NCBI GenBank assembly: GCA_965215195.1
Contig: CBDCDC010000002.1
Coordinates: forward strand, 3,136,001 to 3,200,000
Length of the DNA: 64,000 nucleotides
DNA from: Candidatus Latescibacterota bacterium
GTDB lineage: Bacteria > Latescibacterota > UBA2968 > UBA8231
Direction of reading: 5' to 3'
Shown here: in pieces, positions 20,224 through 29,794 of the stretch
How positions within the stretch are numbered: position 1 is the first letter of the stretch
Layout: each line of letters begins with the position of its first letter
Position numbers and translations under genes: made by a program
Notes under the pieces: model-generated
Seen by the model: only the letters and a program-made list of their open reading frames with translations
Told to the model about the DNA's origin: nothing
Database searches by the model: none

Positions 20224-22575
20224 TTACATCCGTACAGTACCCCCAAAATCAAAGCGCACCAAGCTCAGCCCCATGCTCCAGCCGGGCCGATCCAAACGCC
20301 GGGTGAAATCGAGGCGCAGCAGATGATACAGCATGAGCGAGACTCCCACCTCATGGCGGAAACTCTCCTCGTAGCGCGGATCGTATCCGAGGGCGGCCCG
20401 CCGCTTCGGGCCGATCCACGTCCGCCCCGAAGCCCCATGCACCACCAGCCCCGTGCCCCGCATGGCCCAATCCCATAGCCCCAACAACTCAAAGGGCGTG
20501 GTCTTGAAGTTGTGCTCCCAATACAGGGCCGCGTAGTGTTCGCCTTCTAATGGATGGCCATGCACCGTGCGGAAAGCACCAAAGGGAGAGAAGAAGCCCA
20601 TGCTGGCCTCCAAGGATCCAAAGCCCTGCACGGGCACATCGCCGATTGAGTGGCCCGCCACCAGCCGCACATCAAGCGCGTTGGGCGCAAAGCGGCGCTT
20701 GAGGAAGGTCTTGAAATGGCCGTCCAAGGCCAAATGCAGGCGGGTAAAGGAAAAGTCGCTACCCAGCCTGCCGCTGCTGTGCTCCACTCCCATTTCGACT
20801 CGCCGATTGGCCGCCACGCCGAATGGCCGGTACGGCCCGCCCCACTCAAACCCCACTTCCAGCGAGCGCAGCCGCCCTTCCTCAATGGCCGGATTGGGCC
20901 GTGGCCTCCAGTTCCGATTCAACAGACTGAAAGCGGTCGTCTCCTGTAGCGAAGAATGCGCCTCGTGGTTAAAGCCCACTTGCAAGCCGACCTGACTCGG
21001 CAAGGAGAAATGGAGCCGAGCTCGCAGCCTTTCGTTCCAGTAATAATCAAAATAGTCGTCCAAGCCTAGCAGGCTCTGGCCGCTGTTGAGCAAAAGGGAA
21101 TAGCCGTCCGAAGGAATGCGCGGCACCGGCCCTCTCCCGTACTCCAGAACCACCCCGCCGGCGATCCCCTGCCAGCCGACCCGGCCCCGGTAAGACCAGC
21201 GCTTCAGACCAACGCTGTACCCGGCACCACCGCCGACCAAACCCCGATTCCCCTCCAGTCCCAGATGCGCCCCGCCCACCCGGTCGTATCGCACGACCGA
21301 GCCCCAGCGCGACGACTCCGCCCGCTCCTCTGTCTGCTCGGCTTGCTCCTTCACCAATAAACGGGCGAGAAACCCCGTAGGCTGAAAGGCCCGTTCAAAG
21401 CGCATGGTGCTGTCGATGGTCGCATAAGCGGCCTGTTCGCGCACCGACAGGGGCACTTGGTCGGCCAGCCGGGCAAAGGAACTGTCCTGAGCCACGGCCA
21501 GCGAATCGACCCGCAGAACCTCCTCGCGGGCGTAGAGCGAGTCGGGCACATCGACATTGACTTGGTAATCGCTCAGCCGCGTCACCGCATTGTATTTGAG
21601 CGCCGGGAAGTGCAGCCCCACCATGCCGATTTTTATCGCCATGGAAGCCCGATAATCGACCGGCAGCCACACCCCTCCGGCAAAGCCGCGGAACTGTTGG
21701 CGATAGGCAAAATCCATGTGCTCGATCAGGGGCAGGGGAATGGCCGAGGTCGTGGTCGCCCGGCTGGGCGCCAGATCTACTTCGAGCAAGCCGAAATCCT
21801 CGTCCAATACTGCGACGCGGCCGACAAAAGCGGCTTGCAATTTATTCTTTGGCTCGACCGAAATATCGAATACCACCTTATCATCTAAATAGCGCTGGCC
21901 GATCAAGCGGAAGCGGTAGTGCTCGAGGGCATCGGGATGGGTCGGCCCGATCAGGGTGTGGCCGATAAAGGGGATATCGTCGTCGTAGAAATTCGCAACC
22001 CCCTCCAAGGCCGAGGTATATGCTTCGTGAGAATCCAAATTTCGGGTCTGACGCCTCGACTTGATCACTTCGCGCAACCCCCGCTCCCGCTCCCAGTAAA
22101 TTTCCGAAGCCAATTCGCCGATCACGACGATGCCTTCCTCGTTTTCCAAAACTCGCCGGGTATAGGCTTGCGCCTGATAGCTGCTCAGGCCGGGTCGCCA
22201 CGCTTGTTTGCGGCCAATGACTTGGCGCATGATGTCCTCGGCTGAGTTTTCGGCCGTCACCACTATGGTATCGAACTGAAAGGGCACTGGCGTCAAAGCG
22301 AAATCGACCCGTTCCGCAGAGGCCGTCACCACGCGGTCTTGAGAGGCATACCCGATATAACTTACCTTCAACGTCGCCGGCAGGTGCTGCACCTTGAGCA
22401 AGTACTCGCCCTCGTCGTTGGCTATGGTCCCGCGATAGGTGCCGGCTAGCTGGACGGTAGCCGCTGGCAGGGGTTGCCCGGTGGCCGCGTCGAGGACAGT
22501 GCCGCGCACCAACCACGGCTGGGCATGGGCTGCGGGGGCGGTCCATAAGGCAGCCAAGATCGCTAATCTAGCCAT
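20224..22575 (-). CDS. Carboxypeptidase-regulatory-like + DUF5686-type outer-membrane protein
   Basis: Signal peptide; VRGTVLDAATGQPLPAATV..GTIANDEGEY..VSYIGY; C-terminal beta-barrel-like region. Confidence 0.8.
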   Translation of the reverse strand: MARLAILAALWTAPAAHAQPWLVRGTVLDAATGQPLPAATVQLAGTYRGTIANDEGEYLLKVQHLPATLKVSYIGYASQDRVVTASAERVDFALTPVPFQFDTIVVTAENSAEDIMRQVIGRKQAWRPGLSSYQAQAYTRRVLENEEGIVVIGELASEIYWERERGLREVIKSRRQTRNLDSHEAYTSALEGVANFYDDDIPFIGHTLIGPTHPDALEHYRFRLIGQRYLDDKVVFDISVEPKNKLQAAFVGRVAVLDEDFGLLEVDLAPSRATTTSAIPLPLIEHMDFAYRQQFRGFAGGVWLPVDYRASMAIKIGMVGLHFPALKYNAVTRLSDYQVNVDVPDSLYAREEVLRVDSLAVAQDSSFARLADQVPLSVREQAAYATIDSTMRFERAFQPTGFLARLLVKEQAEQTEERAESSRWGSVVRYDRVGGAHLGLEGNRGLVGGGAGYSVGLKRWSYRGRVGWQGIAGGVVLEYGRGPVPRIPSDGYSLLLNSGQSLLGLDDYFDYYWNERLRARLHFSLPSQVGLQVGFNHEAHSSLQETTAFSLLNRNWRPRPNPAIEEGRLRSLEVGFEWGGPYRPFGVAANRRVEMGVEHSSGRLGSDFSFTRLHLALDGHFKTFLKRRFAPNALDVRLVAGHSIGDVPVQGFGSLEASMGFFSPFGAFRTVHGHPLEGEHYAALYWEHNFKTTPFELLGLWDWAMRGTGLVVHGASGRTWIGPKRRAALGYDPRYEESFRHEVGVSLMLYHLLRLDFTRRLDRPGWSMGLSLVRFDFGGTVRM

Positions 22576-22666
22576 TGTCAAAAGCAAATCCGCGTTAATT
22601 TTTTTGCAACCCATAACATGGTGCCGGGCCTCAACTGGCCGTGCTGGTGGTCCGACGCGAGAACCA

Positions 22667-22777
22667 GCGGAAGTAAACGGGTCGTTCAGGCGAATGATGC
22701 ACAAGAAGCTAACAGCCATGTTCGTTCTTCCTTCTTATTGGCGGAAGTAAACGGGTCGTTCAGGCGAATGATGCACA
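22667..22777. repeat. Perfect 37-bp direct repeat pair with a 37-bp spacer
   Basis: GCGGAAGTAAACGGGTCGTTCAGGCGAATGATGCACA at 22667-22703 and 22741-22777. Confidence 0.9.
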
Positions 22778-22789
22778 GCAATGGAACGC

Positions 22790-24013
22790 TCAGAGTTCGC
22801 TCAACAGCGAGCCGATAACCGCGTCGATCCTGTCCGTGATATCAGGACTGTAACCAAGGACATCATAGGCGACTTTGCCTGCGCCGTCTATGATCACGTG
22901 ACGCGGATAAGCTGTGCCGAAAGTATGCACGACCTCGTCATTCGCCACGGCGATGTCATAGATGAATAGATGCTTCTTCAGAAACGGCGTCAACTCCGCC
23001 ATTTCATTGTCGGCGATGGCGAGGAATTCGACGTCGCGGTCTGCGTACTTCTCGACTAGTTCGTTGAGTTCGGGCATCTCCGCGATGCAGGGTGAACAGG
23101 TGGTTTGCCACCAGTTGATGACCACGGGCTTGCCGCGCAGTGTCGTCAGGTCGATAGCACTGCTGTCGAGCCGAGTAACGGTGACGTTGGGCATCTCAAA
23201 GCCTACGGCGAGAGCTACGGTTTGCTCGCTGCGCTCGATTACTAGCCGATCCCCTGTCGCCGACACATCGGCCAACTTGTAAACTTGGTCGTTGATTATG
23301 AAGGGGTCGTCGACCTCGAAAACCTCGTCCTCCAGTTTCTCGGTTTGGCCGTATAGATAGGTCAGGAATACGCCGTCTCCATCGCGGTCAATCAGGAGAT
23401 GGCATGAAGTCCTTCCTAATGAGTCAGCGCGTGGGGAGTAGGTTCCAAAATACGGCTCCCTCACTAAGGCTATGGCATAGCGCTGGCCGCCAATGTCGGC
23501 CTCACCCAGCCGCAGTTCGAGGTTGCGGTGCAGCGCGTAATTCCGTTCGCGACTGATAAAAAGTTCGATTTTGAACTCAGATGCTTGGCCAGCCGGGGGC
23601 ACGATCAGTTCGGCTCGCAGGGCATCATCGGCCGGAACGCCGTCAAAAGAACCTCTTGTCAACTGGAGTCGCTGCGGCTGGGCGGTGGAGTCGGCAACGA
23701 CGAAGGCGATATCCTCTCCGTCGCTATCCTGTCCCACTATGACAATCGGCTCAGCCGGCGAATCGAGGAACGACAAGCGGGCGTGCAGGGGTGCATCAAT
23801 GTCTAGCCCGGCAGCCAATTGGGTCTCGGGCAATCCTTCCGTCATCCGCGAGATAGCCAAGCCACCCGGCATAAACGGCTGAAAGAGATGCTCTACGGAA
23901 TCCTTATGCGCAGATTCCATTTTCACCGCGATGCTCTCTGCGCCAGCCAGTCCACAACTGAACGCAGCGGCGACGGTGGCGATTGGTGCGATGGCAGATT
24001 TGATCGATTTCAT
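22790..24013 (-). CDS. Secreted protein with C-terminal TlpA-like thioredoxin domain
   Basis: Signal peptide; LRGKPVVINWWQTTCSPCIAEMPEL (CxxC), AYPRHVIID; AGGAGG RBS. Confidence 0.85.
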   Translation of the reverse strand: MKSIKSAIAPIATVAAAFSCGLAGAESIAVKMESAHKDSVEHLFQPFMPGGLAISRMTEGLPETQLAAGLDIDAPLHARLSFLDSPAEPIVIVGQDSDGEDIAFVVADSTAQPQRLQLTRGSFDGVPADDALRAELIVPPAGQASEFKIELFISRERNYALHRNLELRLGEADIGGQRYAIALVREPYFGTYSPRADSLGRTSCHLLIDRDGDGVFLTYLYGQTEKLEDEVFEVDDPFIINDQVYKLADVSATGDRLVIERSEQTVALAVGFEMPNVTVTRLDSSAIDLTTLRGKPVVINWWQTTCSPCIAEMPELNELVEKYADRDVEFLAIADNEMAELTPFLKKHLFIYDIAVANDEVVHTFGTAYPRHVIIDGAGKVAYDVLGYSPDITDRIDAVIGSLLSEL

Positions 24014-24066
24014 GGCATCCTCCTCTGGGATGTGTAGTAGTGCGTTTGGGATAGCCACCTTCCGAC

Positions 24067-25236
24067 TCATTCGTAGTGCAGGGCCTCGACCGGCTGTATC
24101 CGGCAGGCCAGCCGCCCCGGATACAGACTGCACGCGACCACGAGGCCGTAAATCACTAAGGCCGCAAAGGCCAGACTGAGCGCGTAGATCCCTCCGGTGT
24201 AATTGAGCAGCCCCAGCAGCGGAAATTGCACGATGACCAGCAGGCCAGCGATTACGCCGACGCTGGCGACCACCAGTATCTCGCCCGTCAACTGTGCGTA
24301 GATACTGGCCGCGGATCCACCCAAGGCCCTTCGCAGGCCGATCTCCTCAATTCTCAGCGTCGTCCGCTGCCACAGTACGCCGCTCAACGACAGGGCCACC
24401 ATGCCCAGCACCAACACCGAGACGACCCCAGCGGCGAACAGGGGTATCAGGCTCAACTTGAACGACGAAGCGCGATCTTCCTCTAAGGTCGTGATTTCGG
24501 CTCGGTACCCCGGAGCCATGGCCTCGAGCCGTCTGTCGATTTGCTCTTGGGCCGACAGCGGCGTACCGGGACGCACTTTGATTAAAAAATGAACATACGC
24601 ATCGTCTGCCAAGCGAGTTAGTACGAAGAAACGGGGATCGGAAAACTCCCCGCGGCGACGATAGTCGGAGACCACCCCGACGACCCGCGCGTCCCCTTTA
24701 CCGCTTTTCCACTCTTCGACCCGCTGGCCGAGGGGATCTTCACGGCCAAAGAGTGCCTCACTGAGCGGCTGGGTTATCACGAGCGGCTCCCAGTCCAGCG
24801 CCGCGTCCTCCTCGCTGAACCACCGCCCGCGGACCAAGTCGAGCTCGAACACCGCGTGGAATTCATCCGAAAAATCACCATAGTCAACCGGCTGTTCGTC
24901 TATAGTGGTACTGTGCCGAGAGCCACCATAGGGGAGTGCTGAGCCGTTCGCCGCGGCGACCGACTCAATCCAGTCGAAAGACTCTAGGGCCTGATAGACC
25001 TGTCTGCGGCTGGGCACTTCCACTTCGCTATCCGACGGCAGTTCTCGATCCCGCCAGAAGGCTACGACCCATCTATTTTCGTAGGAGAATCCGAGGGGCC
25101 GCCGGTAATTGTTGGCTTTATCTACGGCGATGGAGGCCGTGATAAAGACGATTAAAAAAGAAATGAAGATCTGGAAGGCGGTGAGCGCGTTCGCCCTTTT
25201 GCGGTTCCAAACTAGCTTGCAGAGATGGCGTATCAT
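24067..25236 (-). CDS. ABC transporter permease (MacB/FtsX-like)
   Basis: RHLCKLVWNRKRAN; EIGLRRALGG; C-terminal IQPVEALHYE. Confidence 0.9.
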   Translation of the reverse strand: MIRHLCKLVWNRKRANALTAFQIFISFLIVFITASIAVDKANNYRRPLGFSYENRWVVAFWRDRELPSDSEVEVPSRRQVYQALESFDWIESVAAANGSALPYGGSRHSTTIDEQPVDYGDFSDEFHAVFELDLVRGRWFSEEDAALDWEPLVITQPLSEALFGREDPLGQRVEEWKSGKGDARVVGVVSDYRRRGEFSDPRFFVLTRLADDAYVHFLIKVRPGTPLSAQEQIDRRLEAMAPGYRAEITTLEEDRASSFKLSLIPLFAAGVVSVLVLGMVALSLSGVLWQRTTLRIEEIGLRRALGGSAASIYAQLTGEILVVASVGVIAGLLVIVQFPLLGLLNYTGGIYALSLAFAALVIYGLVVACSLYPGRLACRIQPVEALHYE

Positions 25237-26495
25237 TGCTTCCTCCTTCTGAGGGCCTCTACGATATGCAGGCGCGACATTTTCCACGCCGGGTACGCGC
25301 CGGAAATCACACCAAAGCATAGGGTCATCACCAAGCCGTAGAAAAAGATGCGATGGTTCAGGTGGAATTCGGCGTATGGCACAATGTCGCTGGCACCGAG
25401 CATTTGTAGGACGAGAAAAGTAAGCACCAGCCCGAGAGCACCGCCCAAGAGCGTGAGAATGACGTTCTCCACCACGAACTGCCCCACCAAGGTGAGCGAA
25501 GACCCGCCGAATGCCTTGCGCACCCCGATTTCAGAGGTGCGCTCCAAGATGCGGGTGGTGTTGATGTTGATCAGGCTGACCACCGGCAGAAGCATGAAGA
25601 GCAACCCCAGACCACTGAGCAGCAAAATCATCCCATCGATTCCATCGGTGCCACCGAAGCTCCTGAATATGAACATCATACGCGCAGCCTCTTCTAACAG
25701 CGTCTCAGGGCCACCGATGAGGCGGTTAATGCCATCGGAATCGGGATATTCGATTCGAGTGAGCACATCGGCGAATTCCTCTTTGATGAGCGGTATTGCG
25801 TCCGCATTGCGCGCCAAGATCAGCGCCTGAAAGTGGCCGAATATCGAATCATACCGCAGGTACTCATCCGTTTCGCGGGCAGTGACGGGCACCCAAATAT
25901 CGGCAAAGGACGCCACGCGAAATGCTGGCACGTTGGGTACGACTCCTACCACGCGGAACGATCGTTTCTTGAATTCGATGTACTTCCCCGCCGCCTGCTC
26001 TCCCCCGAAAAACACCCGGCGCGTCTCCTCGTTGATCACGACCACCCGTTGGCCCTCCTCTACCTCCTTTGCGGTATAGGGGCGGCCTTCGAGGAAGTCG
26101 AATTCGAGGATCTCCCAGAAAGCCCCGTCCGTGTACTTGAAGGCGGTTTCGATCTTCACGCCCTTGCGATACGTTACTTCCGAGTTCCAGAAGCCAGTGG
26201 AAATGGATACCTTTTCGGCCTGAGTTAGTGGAGACACATACCGCTGCAAAAAGGCGTAGCTAGGTTGCCCGATCCTCTTGACTGGTTCCTCTGTGTTTTC
26301 TCCTGTGAGCATCTTCAGGAGTAGCGTGCGATCGGCCCGCGTCTCCGGCGGGAAGGAGCCAAAGACGTGGTCGAACAAGGCGGTTGCCACCATCAGCACC
26401 ATGAGCGTGAAGCTGATGGTAAAAAGGCTGATGCAGGTAAAGACCTTGCGCCGCAACAGGACCTTGAGGGCCATTTTGATGTAATTCTTCAGCAT
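25233..26495 (-). CDS. ABC transporter permease (MacB/FtsX-like)
   Basis: MLKNYIKMALKVLLRRKVFT; ERTSEIGVRKAFG; SGAYPAWKMSRL. Confidence 0.92.
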   Translation of the reverse strand: MLKNYIKMALKVLLRRKVFTCISLFTISFTLMVLMVATALFDHVFGSFPPETRADRTLLLKMLTGENTEEPVKRIGQPSYAFLQRYVSPLTQAEKVSISTGFWNSEVTYRKGVKIETAFKYTDGAFWEILEFDFLEGRPYTAKEVEEGQRVVVINEETRRVFFGGEQAAGKYIEFKKRSFRVVGVVPNVPAFRVASFADIWVPVTARETDEYLRYDSIFGHFQALILARNADAIPLIKEEFADVLTRIEYPDSDGINRLIGGPETLLEEAARMMFIFRSFGGTDGIDGMILLLSGLGLLFMLLPVVSLININTTRILERTSEIGVRKAFGGSSLTLVGQFVVENVILTLLGGALGLVLTFLVLQMLGASDIVPYAEFHLNHRIFFYGLVMTLCFGVISGAYPAWKMSRLHIVEALRRRKQ

Positions 26496-26507
26496 CTCGT
26501 CCTCCTC

Positions 26508-27173
26508 TCACTGGACCTGCCGCCCGTCGAAGAGCCGCACCGTGCGCCCGGTGTGGTCGGCCAAGCGCTGGTCGTGCGTCACCATGACGATGGTGGTGCC
26601 CTCTTCGTTGAGCTGCTGCATGATGCCCATGATTTCGTCGCCCATCTGGCTGTCCAAGTTGCCGGTCGGCTCGTCGGCCAGCAGGATGTGCGGCTGAGCG
26701 ACGATGGCCCGGGCCACGGCCACGCGCTGCTGCTGCCCGCCCGACAGTTGCGACGGAAAGTGCCGCACCCGCGAACTCAGCCCCACCCGATCCAGCGCCT
26801 TCAGCGCCATCGCACGCCGCTCCTTGCCCGACAGGCCGCGGCGATAGAGCAGGGGAATCTCCACGTTATCGACCACGTTCAAATCGGCGATCAGGTGGAA
26901 GCTCTGAAAGATGAAGCCGACCTCCTCGTTGCGGATGCGCGCCAAGTAGCGGTCGGCGTAGGAATTGATGTGCCGCCCGTTCAGGCTCAGGTCGCCAGCC
27001 GTAGGCTCGTCGAGCAGGCCGATGACGTTGAGCAGGGTGCTCTTGCCCGAGCCGGATGGCCCCATCACCGAGATGAACTCCCCCTCGTCAACGGCGAAAT
27101 TGATATTGCTCAAGGCGAGGGTCTCGACTTGCTCGGTGCGGTACACCTTTTCGATGCCTGCGAGTTTAATCAT
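26508..27173 (-). CDS. ABC transporter ATP-binding protein (LolD/MacB-type)
   Basis: GPSGSGKS, LSGGQQQRVA, LADEPTGNLD, MVTH. Confidence 0.96.
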   Translation of the reverse strand: MIKLAGIEKVYRTEQVETLALSNINFAVDEGEFISVMGPSGSGKSTLLNVIGLLDEPTAGDLSLNGRHINSYADRYLARIRNEEVGFIFQSFHLIADLNVVDNVEIPLLYRRGLSGKERRAMALKALDRVGLSSRVRHFPSQLSGGQQQRVAVARAIVAQPHILLADEPTGNLDSQMGDEIMGIMQQLNEEGTTIVMVTHDQRLADHTGRTVRLFDGRQVQ

Positions 27174-27184
27174 GGCAGTCTCCT

Positions 27185-28453
27185 TTATTTTATTTGGACC
27201 TCGTCCAAGTGCAGGTAGTCTTTCACATTCGAGATGATCACCTCGTCGCCTTCGATTAAGCCCTCCTCCACCTCGCAGTACTCGAAATTGGCAAGGCCGA
27301 TGCGCACCTCGGTCTTCACCGCGGTTTGGCCGCGCACCACAAAGACCTCGTGCAGGCCCGCCCGCCCGCTGATGAACGGCCCCCGCTTGAGGCGCAGGGC
27401 GCGGTCCTTGCGGGCGGTGACGATATAGGCGTCCACCCGCTGATTGGGCCGCAGCAGCGCGTGCGCCGAATCCTCTAGCTCAACTTCGAGCTGGATGATC
27501 CCACCTTCGACCGTGGGCAAGATGCGGGCGATGTGGCCCTTTACGTATTCTTCCTCGTTGATGCGCAGGCGCACCCACAGCCCCTCTTGGAGCCGGCGGG
27601 CGTGGATATCGGAAACAGTGACATCCACGCGGAACGAGCTGAGGTCGGCGATGCGGGCGATTTCCTCGCCCTGTCTGATGGAAGCCCCGACTTCTGGCGC
27701 AATCGCCGTGAGTACGCCATCCCTATCGGCCCGAATGTGGGTGCGCTCCAAGCGACGGCGGGCCTCCTCGCCCTCGCGCTCGAGGATGTTCATCTCCAAG
27801 TGCAGGGCCTCCAACTGGGCTTGGGTGGATTCGACGAGGTTGCGGCGGTCTTCTTGGAGTTGCTGCAATTCAATCTCGGCGCGCTGTTCTTGCAGTTGCG
27901 CTTGGCTCAGTTCTTCTTGGGAGACCGCGCCGATACCCTGCAACTGGCGGTACTGGGCGGTGCGAGTCTGAAACCGCTGAAATTCCAAGTTTTTCAGCCG
28001 CCAGCGCGTGTCCAGATCGCTCAGCTTTTTGCGTTTGTCCAATTCGAGTTGGGTGCGGCGATTCTGCTTGAGGGCCAGCTCTTCGGCCCGTTTCCCCACG
28101 TCGAGCCGCGCTGCGTTCAAGTCCAGTTCGACGATGGGCTGTCCCTGCTGCAACATAGCCCCGGGCTTTTGCAGGATGCGCACCAGCCGCGTATTGACGG
28201 GGCTAAAGATGATCTGCTCAAACTGGGGTACCACCGTGCCCGAAGCGGTAATCGTCTCTTCCACCGCGCCCCACTGCACCTGTGCGGTGCGAATGCGGTC
28301 GGGGTCCAGCGCCGGCTTGATCCAACTGGGCAACCAAACAGAGAGCCAGATAAGCGCAGCCAGTCCGGTCGCCGAATAGGCGATGCGTTTGCCGCGCTGG
28401 CGTCGTAGGAAGGCGGGATCTATTGGGCGGTCCATAGCGTTCACGGGGTTCAT
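27185..28453 (-). CDS. Efflux periplasmic adaptor subunit (HlyD/MacA-like)
   Basis: N-terminal TM, lipoyl-like halves around a long coiled coil; first gene of the ABC operon. Confidence 0.9.
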   Translation of the reverse strand: MNPVNAMDRPIDPAFLRRQRGKRIAYSATGLAALIWLSVWLPSWIKPALDPDRIRTAQVQWGAVEETITASGTVVPQFEQIIFSPVNTRLVRILQKPGAMLQQGQPIVELDLNAARLDVGKRAEELALKQNRRTQLELDKRKKLSDLDTRWRLKNLEFQRFQTRTAQYRQLQGIGAVSQEELSQAQLQEQRAEIELQQLQEDRRNLVESTQAQLEALHLEMNILEREGEEARRRLERTHIRADRDGVLTAIAPEVGASIRQGEEIARIADLSSFRVDVTVSDIHARRLQEGLWVRLRINEEEYVKGHIARILPTVEGGIIQLEVELEDSAHALLRPNQRVDAYIVTARKDRALRLKRGPFISGRAGLHEVFVVRGQTAVKTEVRIGLANFEYCEVEEGLIEGDEVIISNVKDYLHLDEVQIK

Positions 28454-28475
28454 ACCTCCTTTTGGCTACTACCTA

Positions 28476-28491
28476 AACAAATTCCGTGCCA
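28476..28491 (-). promoter_or_regulatory. Putative sigma54 (-24/-12) promoter of the ABC exporter operon
   Basis: Minus strand TGGCACG-GAAT-TTGTT versus consensus TGGCACG-N4-TTGC; sigma54 activator encoded downstream. Confidence 0.65.
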
Positions 28492-28545
28492 AAAGGTAAC
28501 TAATTGTTTTTACTTGATTTATTGATTTTAGTACTAGGGTGTTTT

Positions 28546-28582
28546 CGTCCGCTTTTGAACACTCACTGTTCATTTTCGCACA
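28546..28582. promoter_or_regulatory. Tandem imperfect palindromes, candidate enhancer (UAS) for the sigma54 activator
   Basis: CGTCCGCTTTTGAACA (28546-28561) and TGTTCATTTTCGCACA (28567-28582), 21-bp period; AT-rich IHF-like tract between them and the promoter. Confidence 0.5.
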
Positions 28583-28676
28583 GTTGTTCGAGATGGGGAT
28601 GCAACCGTTGGGGTGGGGCGGGCACTACGGGCGCAATGGGAGACGAAATCGGGGCGGAAATCCCGGGATTGCCCTA

Positions 28677-29477
28677 TTACGACCGAGCGACCCAGTGGCG
28701 GAACAAGGGCTGGACCGGGGCGGGCAGTTCGGCAAAAACGCCGGCCGGCAGCGGGGGCACGGCGTTTTCCTTGATGCCGGTTTCTTCGGACAGGCGGCGG
28801 CGCTCGTCCGAGCCGGGACGCAAAACCTCGACATTGAGCCACCAAGGGGCGTAGCGCACGACTACCGAGGTGCGGGGTTGGCGCGAGCGGTTGGGCGCGG
28901 TCGCGTGCCACAAGCGGCTGTCGAGCACGAGCACGCTGCCGGCCGGGCCGCAGGCATTTACTTCTGTGGGATAGGGGGCCAGTGGATCGACGCCATTGTC
29001 GCCGGTGGGGTTGTTCGGGGATCGGTGGCTGCCGGGGACGAGGAGGGTGCCGCCGTTTTCCTCGGTGAAAGGCGCAAGCATCCACAAGGTGGTCAAGTGG
29101 ATCGTCGCGTCGGGATACGGCGCGGGGATATGGCCGGCGTTGATCTGGTTAAAGGGCCAGTCGGCGTGCCAGCCGCCGCGCTCGTTGCCCGGGTAGTTGA
29201 TCGTGCCGGTGGTGAAGGATATGCGCGGATGCGGGCCTAGTATCGCGCCGACCAAGGCGAGGAGATTTTCATCCGCGAGAAAAGGCGCGAAAGACTGGTC
29301 GAAGTTGATCGCGCCCGGCAAATGGCCAATGCCGGGCGGAGCTGCGGGGTTGCGGTGCGCCGCGACCGTGGCCTCGACGCTGCGGCGCACGTGTTCAATC
29401 TGGTCGGCTGGGATGACGCCTTCGAGCACACACCAGCCGTCTATTTTTAGGTGCTGAAGCAGTCGTTCTAGCTGCAT
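28677..29477 (-). CDS. PhyH-family dioxygenase
   Basis: DGWCVLEGVI, WHADW, FTEENGGTLLVPGSH, DSRLWHAT. Confidence 0.9.
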   Translation of the reverse strand: MQLERLLQHLKIDGWCVLEGVIPADQIEHVRRSVEATVAAHRNPAAPPGIGHLPGAINFDQSFAPFLADENLLALVGAILGPHPRISFTTGTINYPGNERGGWHADWPFNQINAGHIPAPYPDATIHLTTLWMLAPFTEENGGTLLVPGSHRSPNNPTGDNGVDPLAPYPTEVNACGPAGSVLVLDSRLWHATAPNRSRQPRTSVVVRYAPWWLNVEVLRPGSDERRRLSEETGIKENAVPPLPAGVFAELPAPVQPLFRHWVARS

Positions 29478-29518
29478 AAGATCGCTCCCTGTCAGCGGCT
29501 ATATATAATAGAATAGAC

Positions 29519-29670
29519 CTTAGTACACGACCCCTAAAGTAGGCGCCCCTTACTTTGAGTACGCCTTTTCTGCGGTTTCCGCTGGGTGCGGGATCGAGGG
29601 CGTCCCGCCCTCGCCGAGGGCCAGATGCCCTCGATCCTTGGCAGGATGAGGGCTGGTGTCGTGTAGTAAG
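29519..29670. mobile_element. MITE, 152 bp (family A copy 1) with 9-bp TSD
   Basis: Ends CTTAGTACACGAC...GTCGTGTAGTAAG; flanked by AGAATAGAC at 29510-29518 and 29671-29679. Confidence 0.88.
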
Positions 29671-29794
29671 AGAATAGACTTTTGTCGGGGGTGGCAATGG
29701 ACGCTGGCAACGCGAGGGTGGCTTGACAGTGAAGGGGTGGTCGTGGAGTTTGGAGCCGGTGTAGAGCGAATGCCAATTTTTTGGGAACCGGCCG

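Noticed and set aside
22667-22777. Formal CRISPR array call
   Set aside because: Only two repeats, no cas genes and no typical repeat end; kept as a repeat and a finding
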